From: a virus
Lineage: Duplodnaviria > Caudoviricetes
Virus record (IMG/VR): IMGVR_UViG_3300037634_001513
Span: 1-25,411 of that record
Length of the DNA stretch: 25,411 nt
Reading direction: 5' to 3' (one strand)
Shown: in pieces, positions 1-9,683 of the stretch
Numbering within the stretch: position 1 is the first letter of the stretch
How the letters are laid out: each line of letters opens with the position of its first letter
Program-made: the position numbers and the translations under genes
The notes under the pieces: generated by a model
Told to the model about the DNA's origin: nothing
Database searches by the model: none
What the model saw: only the letters and a program-made list of their open reading frames with translations

Positions 1-1
1 A

Positions 2-85
2 GGGGCTAACCTTTATAGGGCTAGCCTTGAATGGGCTGACATTAGTTGGACCGACCTTACAGATGCAATATTAGACAAAGGGTAA
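2..85 (+). CDS. Pentapeptide-repeat protein, C-terminal fragment (truncated by window edge)
   Basis: Frame 2 reads GANLY-RASLE-WADIS-WTDLT-DAILD-KG-stop (TAA 83-85), matching the A(D/N)Lxx pentapeptide periodicity. Not in the ORF track. Confidence 0.75.
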   Translation, partial: GANLYRASLEWADISWTDLTDAILDKG

Positions 86-89
86 GACT

Positions 90-299
90 ATGACGCAAGA
101 AGTTGAATACAGCGTCAGAGTTGACGGAGAAGAAGTAACTAAAATTACAATGACAGAAGCGGAATCTAGCAACCAGTTTGAGCGTGATAAGATAAGAAAA
201 ACCTTAGCTAAAAAACTTGGTATTCCTCAACATTACATAAGACTATTAAATCAGCAAAAAAGAAAAGGGGCAAGGTATGTCTTTACAAGAGGAGCTTAA
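90..299 (+). CDS. Hypothetical protein (69 aa)
   Basis: ATG 4 nt after the previous stop with purine-rich AAAGGG upstream; plausible protein composition; no recognisable motif. Confidence 0.65.
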   Translation: MTQEVEYSVRVDGEEVTKITMTEAESSNQFERDKIRKTLAKKLGIPQHYIRLLNQQKRKGARYVFTRGA

Positions 300-441
300 A
301 TCACTTAGGCGTGAGACGATGCAGTTAGAATATGGGGATGAAAGGTTGTTCACTGATGGAAATAACAATTTTACTAGATGGAATAATATACAAGTTCGTA
401 TTCGTGAGATAGAAAAACAGTTAGTAACTGTCAGCGATTAG
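277..441 (+). CDS. Hypothetical protein (54 aa, MSLQEELKSLRRETMQLEYGDERLFTDGNNNFTRWNNIQVRIREIEKQLVTVSD)
   Basis: Manual translation; ATG at 277 preceded by AAGGGGCAAGG; fills the otherwise empty 300-420 gap; TAG 439-441 overlaps the 3' end of the convergent esterase gene by 21 nt. Confidence 0.55.
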   Translation: MSLQEELKSLRRETMQLEYGDERLFTDGNNNFTRWNNIQVRIREIEKQLVTVSD

Positions 442-1752
442 ACCTGCAACTGTCTCATACCCAGCTAAGTCATAGTGAACCCTATCTCCTGCTGCACCTG
501 CGATGTCTGTTCCAGATACTTTAGTTACACCACTTAAGGCTGCCGCAACATCTGTCTGTGCAGATAGAATAGCGTCATGCTTACTCTGACCACCTGCCCA
601 GTCACCTGTGTTATCAGGCATACCTGCTAAGTAGAACTCTTTGTTAGCTATACCTTGCTTGTATATTTCTATTGTCTTGGTTAGCTGTGCCTCATAGTTA
701 GCTTCTGCTGTACCAGCAACCGCGTCACCCTCACCCTGACCCCAAACAAAAGAATGTACAGGACCAAATTGTGAGGCTATCTTAGCCTTCATAAATGCGG
801 AGACTGCTACCTTTCCTAAGCCAGAAGCTCGAGTACCTGAAGTTATAGATTGAGTATCCCACCTAGGATCAGACCCTTCAAATGAAGTTCCTCCCTTGTT
901 AGCAGGCACAGCAACATAATCATTACCATCATCGGCAAGCTCGTCTATAAGGTATCCCGCATAACCAACATCAGCATTACTGTCGTTTAACTCGCTAAAC
1001 AATGACCCTGTGTCATCGTCGTATGGGTCAGCATAAGCAGCAATTGCACTAACTGAGTTACGAAGCATGAACATACGGCTTGTGTTTGTATAGCTAGGGC
1101 TACCACTAGCACGACCACTGCTGTTTGACTGGCCTAAGAAAACTATCATGTTCTTAGCACTGTCAAAAGAAATACCACTAACCATTGAAACATCACCACT
1201 AACTTGTGCAGTCTGCTCTCTAGTTAAACTAGTAATCCAATGCTGAGACTTAACAGGGACAGCCGTTGAACTCAAAGCAGGACTATTACCTTGTGATATA
1301 AATATACTATCCCAAGTGTTACGAGTCATAGGCTGGTCAACCTCAAAGATAGGTGCGCCATTTAGATAAACGTACAACCCAAAGCTTCCCCAACTAAGCA
1401 CAATACGGTTAGTTGTTGTTGCATTAGGATAAGCATTACGTGTTATATCAAGGTACTCAGTACCCCATATAGAGTCCGTCATCCACGCACGAACAGTACT
1501 TCCTGAGTTACGTCTTTGCAGGAAGAACCTGTTAGTGTTTGTTCCGTCGCCTATCTCAATGATAATCCCGTTGTCACTCGTCGCTAAGTTACCAGTGAAC
1601 TCATATAGATAAGTACCGCTTGCGTTGTCAAAGTCTGTAGGTGTGTCATTACCAGCAGAAGGAGATAAGTTCTCCCAATCAGGAGCAGGTAAGCCAGAGA
1701 CTTTCCTGTTCATAGTAAAACCAGTTGTAGCTATAGACCCTGTGAATTGCAT
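421..1752 (-). CDS. SGNH/SASA-type (sialate O-acetylesterase-like) carbohydrate esterase with N-terminal LamG/ConA-like beta domain
   Basis: SASA motifs VFLGQSN (nucleophile Ser), WGQGEGD and DRVH (DxxH); N-terminal part has a lectin-like pattern (RIVLSW...YVYLNG). TAATG overlap with the upstream ORF. Confidence 0.85.
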   Translation of the reverse strand: MQFTGSIATTGFTMNRKVSGLPAPDWENLSPSAGNDTPTDFDNASGTYLYEFTGNLATSDNGIIIEIGDGTNTNRFFLQRRNSGSTVRAWMTDSIWGTEYLDITRNAYPNATTTNRIVLSWGSFGLYVYLNGAPIFEVDQPMTRNTWDSIFISQGNSPALSSTAVPVKSQHWITSLTREQTAQVSGDVSMVSGISFDSAKNMIVFLGQSNSSGRASGSPSYTNTSRMFMLRNSVSAIAAYADPYDDDTGSLFSELNDSNADVGYAGYLIDELADDGNDYVAVPANKGGTSFEGSDPRWDTQSITSGTRASGLGKVAVSAFMKAKIASQFGPVHSFVWGQGEGDAVAGTAEANYEAQLTKTIEIYKQGIANKEFYLAGMPDNTGDWAGGQSKHDAILSAQTDVAAALSGVTKVSGTDIAGAAGDRVHYDLAGYETVAGLIADSY

Positions 1753-1937
1753 TACTTATTCTTTGCGTATCCAAAGTTAGCACCAAGCAAATCAATGAAC
1801 TTAGCAATCTTTCCTACGATAGAGTCATCTCTTCTTGTCGGAGTAATCGCAGCAATCGTAGCGAAACCACCAACAATAGTCGCTGCTCCCTCAAGGTATC
1901 TAGGTGCTAATGTAAAAACATCAAAAATTATTTCCAT
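1752..1937 (-). CDS. Putative holin-like small membrane protein (61 aa)
   Basis: Hydrophobic segment followed by ITPTRRDD...IDLLGANFGYAK, resembling the TPTxxDD small phage membrane-protein pattern; AAGGAG SD upstream. Confidence 0.6.
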   Translation of the reverse strand: MEIIFDVFTLAPRYLEGAATIVGGFATIAAITPTRRDDSIVGKIAKFIDLLGANFGYAKNK

Positions 1938-1971
1938 AGTATTCTCCTTTTTTATTATTCTACTCTATAAG

Positions 1972-2394
1972 TTAAAATCTTTCAACCAATTCAGACCAAG
2001 AGTTGAACCCAGAACTCTTACTTAATTTGTTTAATGGTATAGATGTGGTCTTAATAGTTGGGACCTCAGTAAATAAAATTTGCTCAATATCTAAAGCAAC
2101 AAAAGCAAATAAGTCTACGTCATTAGTAGTATACAAACTACCGTTTCTACCAAAAGATGTATTGAACCTATAATGATTATATAATTTAAACTTATCATTT
2201 CGTGTCTGAGAGTAAAGAGACTTTGCAGATTTAACCTGAAGACGTATAGGCTTCTGGTCTTTCATAACTAAGATATCATATTTACTGCCTTGCTCCATAA
2301 TGATAGCGTCATAGCCCCATCGAAGTAACTTATAGCGGACTAATTGCTCGCCTACAGTTCCCATTTTGGTAGCGCCTAGACTCTCAGATATCAC
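1972..2394 (-). CDS. PD-(D/E)XK endonuclease, homing-endonuclease-like (PDDEXK_5 / I-Ssp6803I-like)
   Basis: GTVGEQLV...YDILV...RLQVKS catalytic pattern and downstream YTTNDVDLFAFV; AT-rich; GTGA overlap with upstream stop (true start may be the internal ATG of MGTVGE). Confidence 0.75.
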   Translation of the reverse strand: MISESLGATKMGTVGEQLVRYKLLRWGYDAIIMEQGSKYDILVMKDQKPIRLQVKSAKSLYSQTRNDKFKLYNHYRFNTSFGRNGSLYTTNDVDLFAFVALDIEQILFTEVPTIKTTSIPLNKLSKSSGFNSWSELVERF

Positions 2395-2591
2395 TTAGCA
2401 TTCCTTCTTTTAAATGTCCTGTATACCTTATCAGCTAGTAACCACAATGATAACGTAGCACCTGCTATAATACCTATCTGCTCGGCCCAATGCGCTATGT
2501 CATGTATGATACCGTACAAACACGTGGACCCGCCAACGCATACACCAACGGCTTCTTTAAGTTGTTCTTGCTTCTGTATAACTTGATTCAT
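2391..2591 (-). CDS. Putative holin-like small membrane protein (66 aa)
   Basis: Hydrophobic stretches (AVGVCVGGSTCLYGII; IGIIAGATLSLWLLA) and basic C-terminus (FKRRNAK); likely start is ATG at 2591 (TAATG overlap with tail-fibre stop, GGAG upstream) rather than GTG 2600. Confidence 0.55.
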   Translation of the reverse strand: MNQVIQKQEQLKEAVGVCVGGSTCLYGIIHDIAHWAEQIGIIAGATLSLWLLADKVYRTFKRRNAK

Positions 2592-4192
2592 TATCTCCAC
2601 GCTACCCTTACTGACCCAGCATTAAACGCCGTCCCTTCATAATTAATATATATTGTTGTCAGTGTCCCTGACAAAGACTTTGAGCCAGCATATGAATAAA
2701 CAAGTGCTGGGGCTGAAGCGATGGTCCGAATTGCATCACCGCCAAACTTCCAAGTGTTCGTTGAAGCATCTGCCAATGACAGCCTAACCATACCAGTAAC
2801 CACATTCCCAGCATCAAGTCCATCTTCGGTTAATGGCAAGTTTGCTGTCCCAGCCAAGAAGTAACTAGATGTACTGTACATTAATCCTGCTAAGTATCCG
2901 CTAGTCTCTTCACCACCTGCGTCACCTATTGTTAGGTTTATCTTAGAGTTTGTGCTGTCACCAGATACATCATTAAGAAAAACAACAATCTCTTGAGCAG
3001 TGCTTGGTATAGAAGACGAGGCTGTTACTTGAGTACCTGAAGTTGTAACCACAGCTGTGTCATACTGCCATCCAGCAAGGTTTACAATCCCTTGAACCGT
3101 ATCTTCCTTAAGATTCCCACTATCATCAGCATCAGCGAATACTATCTGATCGGCCGCTGCTATTGTCGCATTGGTCTGCCCTGTAATGTCTGAGGCAGTA
3201 AATTCTGTTACGCTAGTCCAACTAGGATTAGCTCCTGAACCATTTGTCTGTAGAACCTGACCAACAGTACCAGCTGCCAGTCTTAAAGGCTGTCCTGACG
3301 TTCCATAGTAAAGTATATCCCCTTGTGTACCGTGTTCTAACTTACCTAGTGTCACAGCATCGTCTGCTATTTTAGCTGTACTAACAGCACTAGAAGCGAT
3401 CTTACCTGATGTAACAGCTAATGAACCAAGCTTTGCTTCTTCAACACTACCGTCCGCTGGTATGTTAACCGATGTAGATGCCGCAGTATTTAATACTACA
3501 ATGTTGTCAGTTCCACTACCCGGAGCCGATGTAAAGCTTAGTGTCGTTCCTACAATCGTATAGTCTACAGCAGGGCGCTGCCTTACATCATCAACATAAA
3601 CCAGCACAGCATTCTGTGAGCTTGGTGAAAAGCTAAGTGTAAAGTCTGTCTCAACAGTGTCACCGTTGAATGACTCGTCCTCATAATTACTTGTGATGAT
3701 AGAGTCAGATGATATTGTAACAAACTCAACACCAGACAAATCTGACTTAAGAGCAAACACACGACCGCCATTACCAGTCAAAGATGGGAGCTTTGCATCA
3801 AGCCCAACTGTTTCCTCATCTGATATACGAATAGCATTCTCAGACACACGCTTGTTATTCTGTAGAAGAGTCAGCACATAAGTTAACTCTGTGTTAAGAG
3901 CGTTCAGTCTAATTGTACCTGTGTATTCAGAAGTACGCTCATACTTAGGGTCGTACACAATAACGACTGTGTCGTCCTCAGTAAGTCCTGAGTTAAATAC
4001 TACGTTGTCACCTGTTGGAGATTGAACAGAAGACACTGTGTAATCAACTGTGATTACCTTGAGTACATTGTTAACATAAACAGCTATATGACCAGCATCT
4101 TTAACCCAGAATGTATAGGGAAAGATAGTCTGCCCAGCCGCAGCAATATAACTGTTCTTTGGTGTGCCGTCTGAAATTGGTATAGTTGCCAT
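2591..4192 (-). CDS. Tail fibre protein
   Basis: N-terminal T7 gp17-like attachment domain (AGQTIFPYTF...VYVNNV...DYTV), a second related domain (FNGD...TDFTL...VYVDDVRQ...DYTI), AVTxxKIA shaft repeats; position after ejection proteins; AGGAG SD. Confidence 0.85.
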   Translation of the reverse strand: MATIPISDGTPKNSYIAAAGQTIFPYTFWVKDAGHIAVYVNNVLKVITVDYTVSSVQSPTGDNVVFNSGLTEDDTVVIVYDPKYERTSEYTGTIRLNALNTELTYVLTLLQNNKRVSENAIRISDEETVGLDAKLPSLTGNGGRVFALKSDLSGVEFVTISSDSIITSNYEDESFNGDTVETDFTLSFSPSSQNAVLVYVDDVRQRPAVDYTIVGTTLSFTSAPGSGTDNIVVLNTAASTSVNIPADGSVEEAKLGSLAVTSGKIASSAVSTAKIADDAVTLGKLEHGTQGDILYYGTSGQPLRLAAGTVGQVLQTNGSGANPSWTSVTEFTASDITGQTNATIAAADQIVFADADDSGNLKEDTVQGIVNLAGWQYDTAVVTTSGTQVTASSSIPSTAQEIVVFLNDVSGDSTNSKINLTIGDAGGEETSGYLAGLMYSTSSYFLAGTANLPLTEDGLDAGNVVTGMVRLSLADASTNTWKFGGDAIRTIASAPALVYSYAGSKSLSGTLTTIYINYEGTAFNAGSVRVAWR

Positions 4193-4221
4193 ATGTTTTC
4201 TCCTAGTTAGTTATAGCATGA

Positions 4222-7200
4222 TTAACGTGCCATTGGTACGCTCTTCTTTCCTTGTGCTGGTCTTGATTTAGGAACGTCAAACTCTTCAAAAGCGTTCGCC
4301 TTAGCTTTCTTTGCAAGATCACCAAACAGCAAGAAGTTTTGCATTGGTAGTAATCTGTACATAGCGTTGTACTCTCCTCTTGTGGCTTGCTCACCCATCA
4401 TTAGCATACCAAGACCTGTTGCTGCTGTTGGTATGTCGTAGAACAATCCTCCACTAGCACCAATAGTCTGGTCTAAAAAGTTTCTGTTTTGGAACCTTGT
4501 CATAGGCGCACCGAATGTAGTGTCTTGCCCAGAAAGGGAAGAGTATCCCTTGCCAAGTGCCACGTTTTGTATCCCACCAATACCAGCGGAAAGCACATTG
4601 TAGTTATTACCTAAACTACCAAGCAGTCCAGACCTGTCAGCCATCTCAGCTAACCATCTAGCTTTAGACCATTCCGCTGCTTCGTCTAATCGACCAGCTG
4701 ACCATAATGATATATGAACAACAATACCAGCAAACGCCATCTGACCCATCATTGCTGTCCAAGCAGAAAGGTCAGCAGGGTTTTTCCTTAGCCTTTGTGA
4801 GTAAAGCAATGTTGACTTTTGTAGTGAAGAATAACCAAATGAATGGTACTGACCTACTAAACTACCAACATGACCAGATATAAATATAGGCTTGTCACCC
4901 TCTTTAGGATTAACAACATAAGTATCAACATTTTGTAAGGTAGCTATCTTTATTTTGTCCAGTATCTCATCATCAACACCATCAACCTTTTCTAAGTCTA
5001 TCCTTCTGATAGCACCATCCTTAATATTGACAGTATCCATAAAATTCTTAAGCCTTGGTATGTCATCCTCAGAGAAACCTGCTTTTCTTAAGTTTTCCAA
5101 GTCAAACTTTTTTAGCTTACCAACACTAGCACGATCAACCATCTCTGAAAAACCAGTATAATTAATCTCTGACACTACGCCCTGCCAAGTGTCGTTCCAC
5201 CAGTTCATACCATTCCACTTGTAAAACTCAGAGTTAATATCCATAGCAACCTGCTCACCAGTCTTAGGGCTTGCATGTCTCATACCATCAGCAACATCAG
5301 CAATGTTATGTGCCCTACCTATCATTTGACTGTTTAAGGAAGTGCCAAGCTTATTAGCAAAATCTAACATTTCCTTACGAGCCTCAGTGCCAGCAATCAA
5401 CTTTACAGGAATCTTTCTTATAGCATCTAACTTTGCTTCTGCACTTGCATCAGCCAACAATATCCTAGAAACATCAGTAAGTGAGGACTTAACAACACCA
5501 CCCATAAACCTTACATTGTTAAAAGTTTTTAAATACAAGTTAGCACTTCCGCTTGATAAGAAACTAGCGTCAGTGTGAAACCTACCTGTTAGTCTTGCAA
5601 AGACTGCATCAGTGTCACGCCTATCAGCTTCCCACTGCTTTTTAATTTTATTCTGTTCTTTTAACAAAGCTTTCTTTTCCTTTTCAGGAGCTGAATCCAT
5701 TTGCTTTTGTATATTAGAAATTTGAAGTTGATAGTCTTCGTTCATCTTTTGAACTATATCAAGGTCATCAAACTTAAGACCTCCAAAGAACTTCGCTGTT
5801 TCTATATCTGCTAATGCAGTTCTACTGTAACTTGCTACGCTGTACTCAACGTCTGATATTATATAACCTTTATCTACAAGCTGCTCAAATATGTCCATAT
5901 CCTGTGACCAGTCTATACTTCTAGCCTTAAGGTTAGGAGCGCTACCTGCTGACGCGCCTTTTGCTTTTAAACTAACATCATCCAACACATCGGTTATATC
6001 ACGAGCGCCTGTTAATCCAGAGATTCTATCAGCCAACTGTCTAGCTGATTCTGCCGCCTCTTCATACTGTCTTGACGCCCCAGCTTTTGTTCTAGCAAGG
6101 TCTTTCTCTAGCTTTTTAATTTCTTGTTTACCTTTACCAGTACCCTTCTTAGCCTCAGTTAACTTAGCTTCTTTAGCACCAACAGATTCTTCAGCCCTTT
6201 TTATTAGTCGAGTATAATACTCAGTCATAAGTCTTACGCCTGTACCATCATCTTTCTTCCATACTCTAGGGTCCTGTTGTTGAGCAACATAAGGTTTGCC
6301 CTCTACTATTGGCTTACCCATTTCTTTTAAGCTAGCACCCGCGTCCTCAAAAGATTTAACAAAGACTTCAGTAGCTTTGTCTATATGAGGATTGCCAGTT
6401 TTTACACCTGAATGCGCCGATAAAAAAACCTTCTTAGAAAACTGATCTCTATCCATAGGTTTCTCGTCACCTTTTGGTACAGAAGAAACATAGTCCTTGT
6501 AAGACTGTCTCATTGTTCTTTGAACAGGAATAGTCATATTCTGCTGTTTTATTGTAATTGTGTCTGTTAATATTGAGGGCTGTATCAACTCACCAGTCTC
6601 ATGACCCTTCATCATCATCGGAGAACCTACCATCCTAAGCATGAAATGCTTAGCATGTTTTGACATAGAGTTTCCAAAAACCCTCATGTCAGGGGTATTA
6701 AAAAAATCAAAAGAACTTCTGTCTGATCCGAACACTGGTAACTTAGAAATATCTGAAAGCTGCAAGTCAGTGAAAGGTATCTTTAATCCATCAGAAAATG
6801 TCATAGCCTCTACTGACGGAACAGTAAGTTCTGGGTTACGCATAGAACCAGCAGAATCATCAGGACCAGACCTTGGTGCATCCATTGCTGCATAATCAGC
6901 CTCTTCAGAAAGCGGGTGGGCAAACTCATCAAAGTCGTCAGGAACTAAACCTTCCTGCTTAAATGCTTTATACATACCAACGGAAGAACCTAATAGACCA
7001 GACATTACCGTAGAAGCAGCAATATTTATTGCACTCTCTTCAGCTGTCCTTAATCTTTGAGTTGGTTGTAACCCAGCCTCAGCAGCAACACCTCCAACAA
7101 AACCAGCCTTTGCTGTGGCCTTACCAACCTCACCAGCAGCTTTTAACTTAGATGTGATAGTGACAGCCTTTGCTGCTTTACCTGCAACACCGACAACTGG

Positions 7201-7605
7201 TACAAATGTTTCAGGAGAAAAGAATCCTGCACCGATCTGTAGAGCCATACCAGAAACCCCACTATTCGCTAATACTTCTCTGTCCTTCATTTCCATACGA
7301 AGCTGGGCTGAGATAGCGTCAACATGCGCCTCATTCTCAGCATAGTCATATTCAGCACCAAACTTTAAAAGCTCTTCAGGTATGAACGGGGAGGGGTCAA
7401 AAGAACTACCGCCAGTTAACCAACTTGGCTGACCATCTTTTGCTGACCACCAAGAAGCTACCACATTCTCCTGTCGAAAAGCAGCTTTGGTAGTTTCCCA
7501 AACACTAGGGTCCATTGCGTCCTGCTCATCTGATGTATACTCAGGCCGTCCTGACGCTATACCTTGTAACCCTGTTTCAACATCACTTTGATTTATAATA
7601 GGCAT
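4222..7605 (-). CDS. Large internal virion (ejection) protein, T7 gp16 position
   Basis: 1127 aa, helical with Gly/Ala-rich hydrophobic segments; third of three ORFs between tail tubular B and tail fibre; TAATG-coupled. Confidence 0.65.
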   Translation of the reverse strand: MPIINQSDVETGLQGIASGRPEYTSDEQDAMDPSVWETTKAAFRQENVVASWWSAKDGQPSWLTGGSSFDPSPFIPEELLKFGAEYDYAENEAHVDAISAQLRMEMKDREVLANSGVSGMALQIGAGFFSPETFVPVVGVAGKAAKAVTITSKLKAAGEVGKATAKAGFVGGVAAEAGLQPTQRLRTAEESAINIAASTVMSGLLGSSVGMYKAFKQEGLVPDDFDEFAHPLSEEADYAAMDAPRSGPDDSAGSMRNPELTVPSVEAMTFSDGLKIPFTDLQLSDISKLPVFGSDRSSFDFFNTPDMRVFGNSMSKHAKHFMLRMVGSPMMMKGHETGELIQPSILTDTITIKQQNMTIPVQRTMRQSYKDYVSSVPKGDEKPMDRDQFSKKVFLSAHSGVKTGNPHIDKATEVFVKSFEDAGASLKEMGKPIVEGKPYVAQQQDPRVWKKDDGTGVRLMTEYYTRLIKRAEESVGAKEAKLTEAKKGTGKGKQEIKKLEKDLARTKAGASRQYEEAAESARQLADRISGLTGARDITDVLDDVSLKAKGASAGSAPNLKARSIDWSQDMDIFEQLVDKGYIISDVEYSVASYSRTALADIETAKFFGGLKFDDLDIVQKMNEDYQLQISNIQKQMDSAPEKEKKALLKEQNKIKKQWEADRRDTDAVFARLTGRFHTDASFLSSGSANLYLKTFNNVRFMGGVVKSSLTDVSRILLADASAEAKLDAIRKIPVKLIAGTEARKEMLDFANKLGTSLNSQMIGRAHNIADVADGMRHASPKTGEQVAMDINSEFYKWNGMNWWNDTWQGVVSEINYTGFSEMVDRASVGKLKKFDLENLRKAGFSEDDIPRLKNFMDTVNIKDGAIRRIDLEKVDGVDDEILDKIKIATLQNVDTYVVNPKEGDKPIFISGHVGSLVGQYHSFGYSSLQKSTLLYSQRLRKNPADLSAWTAMMGQMAFAGIVVHISLWSAGRLDEAAEWSKARWLAEMADRSGLLGSLGNNYNVLSAGIGGIQNVALGKGYSSLSGQDTTFGAPMTRFQNRNFLDQTIGASGGLFYDIPTAATGLGMLMMGEQATRGEYNAMYRLLPMQNFLLFGDLAKKAKANAFEEFDVPKSRPAQGKKSVPMAR

Positions 7606-9683
7606 TAATCCATCCCGAATAATATTTGTTTCTTAGTAGCCATTTTACGCTTAGTCTTTTCGTCTCTTCTTATTACTCTAGCCTCTTTATCTAAACGCCT
7701 CAAGTCATCTGCATTAGGTGGTGTTAACTCAACACGCTTAAACTCACCATCGACTTGTAACTGGTTTATAGACTCTCCCTCGTCAATAATCATAATTGCA
7801 TAAGAAGGACTTAATCCCGCTGCTACTTGTCTTGCAGTATGGTCATCCGCAAGGATAGAATAATCACCCATCTCAAGTTCAGGGGCGACTGACTTTATCT
7901 CGTTTGCCAGCATTACCTGAGCTATCTGAGGGCTAATGTTAAGTACAGCTTCTGGTGCATACTTCATTGGTCTTTTAACGCCATCAGCTGATGAATATCT
8001 GTAGTTAGGAGCTAACAGTTGTGCAGCTCTCTCATACATTTTATCACCGACTGTAGGGCTATTTATAGCGTACGATTTAGCCGTTGCTCTTAACTCATTT
8101 AATACTTGATTCTTCATTCCTGAGTTTACAAAGAAAGAGTCGTCATCATCTAAGTTAGAATACAAATCTTGAAATGCTTCCCAAGCCTTGTTCTCATCAA
8201 ACCCACCATTTTCAGGAGTTGACTTAAAAATCTCTAATCTTACCTCTCTAGCTGGATTAGCAAACTCTTGCCTTACTTGTTGGACAGCAACTTCTGGGTC
8301 GCTTTGATAGGCTAAGACTTCGCTGATTCTGTCACTATAAGCAATGTCTTCAGCAGACATACCAAAGTCCAAAGTCTTACCTCTTTGGTCTTCCTGTAAT
8401 CTATTATAAAGACCAGTGTAATAAACTTGCTCAGTAACATCACCATTTCTTATTGCTCCGACAACCTCCTCTTTTAACGACTGAGGAACAAAACCAGAGT
8501 TGTTAATAAAGTTAGCTGTGTGAGACATAGCCGCAGCTGTATCACCAGACTGCTTTAATGATGATACTTTTTCTTGGTAGTTTTCATTCCACAAAAGGTT
8601 TAAATCTTCTATATCTTCTTTTCTCTTAGGGCTAATTGTTTGAGTACCACCAGAAGAGTTGTTTTGCATCCTTGCTTGTATATCAGACTTCCTTGACTGC
8701 TTATCTTCAAGCTCTAAAGAAGCTCGCTCCTTCATAGTGAACATGTTAGTTACCTCACCATCAGTAAGGTCGTGCTTTGTCCTCATAAGATCAATATCTG
8801 TTGCAGTATAGTTGTTAGGGTTTTCTTGTAAGTTTGCTCTAAACTCACCAAGCTCCTGTAACTGATCTGTTGTTCTTTCTATCTTCTCTTTTGCTTGCGA
8901 ACTCTTAGCTAACCTTTCGTAAGTAAACTTATCATTAGGAGATATAGCATCATCAAACTTACCTTGGTCTAAAGCAATTTCTAATTTTTTAGCACCATCT
9001 GGTGTAGCAGCCATTCCTTTAATTGCAGCTTCAGCTAAAGTTTTTCTCGCAGCTTCAAACTGTTTCTGACTTAATTTACCGCGACCCTCTTTAATAAAAG
9101 CGTCATACTTCTCAGGCTTGTTGTATACGTCCATAGACTTGGCAGTTACAATCCGAGCAAAGTTATTGGCTTGCTCAACCTTACGTAACTCAGCTTGATA
9201 TTTTACTGCTTGTCCAGCAACCTTTATCCTACTTGAAGCATAGTCCTGCTCAAGCATCCCGCGCTGATAATCACTTAAGTCATCCTTCTCAAGTGTACGT
9301 TTAACTACAGCATCGTACGCCTTCATAGTGTTCTCAGGTATATCAGCTAGGTTTGACCCTTGACGAGCAGCTTCTATCTCCTGCTCAATAAGAAAGCTAG
9401 ACTCAGCTAAGATAGCCTCTTTCTCGATAAGCTGGTCTTCCTTAATATCATCCTGTGCCTTTTGGAACTGTTGAGCAGAAATATTAAAGTTTCCACCAGC
9501 AACCATCTCAAGACGTTTAGCGTCGTCAGCCATACTGATTAGCATGTCCGCTTCACTTTGTGCAGCAAATGCGTTCACACTAGGTGCAGCTCTAAAGTTA
9601 GGAGCTTGCGCTTGTAAACGAGGAACACCAGAAGTCTGACGCTTACTAAATGCTTGAGGTGTTAGTTTAGGTGTATCAACCAT
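7605..9683 (-). CDS. Internal virion (ejection) protein, T7 gp15 position
   Basis: 692 aa, helical and Q/E/A-rich; gene order; AAGGAG SD. Confidence 0.6.
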   Translation of the reverse strand: MVDTPKLTPQAFSKRQTSGVPRLQAQAPNFRAAPSVNAFAAQSEADMLISMADDAKRLEMVAGGNFNISAQQFQKAQDDIKEDQLIEKEAILAESSFLIEQEIEAARQGSNLADIPENTMKAYDAVVKRTLEKDDLSDYQRGMLEQDYASSRIKVAGQAVKYQAELRKVEQANNFARIVTAKSMDVYNKPEKYDAFIKEGRGKLSQKQFEAARKTLAEAAIKGMAATPDGAKKLEIALDQGKFDDAISPNDKFTYERLAKSSQAKEKIERTTDQLQELGEFRANLQENPNNYTATDIDLMRTKHDLTDGEVTNMFTMKERASLELEDKQSRKSDIQARMQNNSSGGTQTISPKRKEDIEDLNLLWNENYQEKVSSLKQSGDTAAAMSHTANFINNSGFVPQSLKEEVVGAIRNGDVTEQVYYTGLYNRLQEDQRGKTLDFGMSAEDIAYSDRISEVLAYQSDPEVAVQQVRQEFANPAREVRLEIFKSTPENGGFDENKAWEAFQDLYSNLDDDDSFFVNSGMKNQVLNELRATAKSYAINSPTVGDKMYERAAQLLAPNYRYSSADGVKRPMKYAPEAVLNISPQIAQVMLANEIKSVAPELEMGDYSILADDHTARQVAAGLSPSYAIMIIDEGESINQLQVDGEFKRVELTPPNADDLRRLDKEARVIRRDEKTKRKMATKKQILFGMD

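Noticed and set aside
1940-2400. Group I intron around the endonuclease
   Set aside because: Flanks are only 0-35 nt and both neighbouring ORFs look complete, leaving no room for an intron core.
2591-2600. Lambda S-like dual-start motif (GTG-GAG-ATA-ATG) on the holin-like ORF
   Set aside because: The GTGGAG is better explained as the SD for ATG 2591, and there is no basic residue between the two starts.
3340-3460. Short AVTxxKIA-type repeats in the tail fibre
   Set aside because: A common fibre shaft repeat; explained by the tail-fibre annotation.
4955-7345. Several plus-strand ORFs antisense to the 1127-aa gene (and similar ones at 15388-16565, 17906-19751, 20211-20978, 22506-24428)
   Set aside because: Shadow frames of long minus-strand genes; S/L/P/V-rich, no motifs, no independent expression signals.
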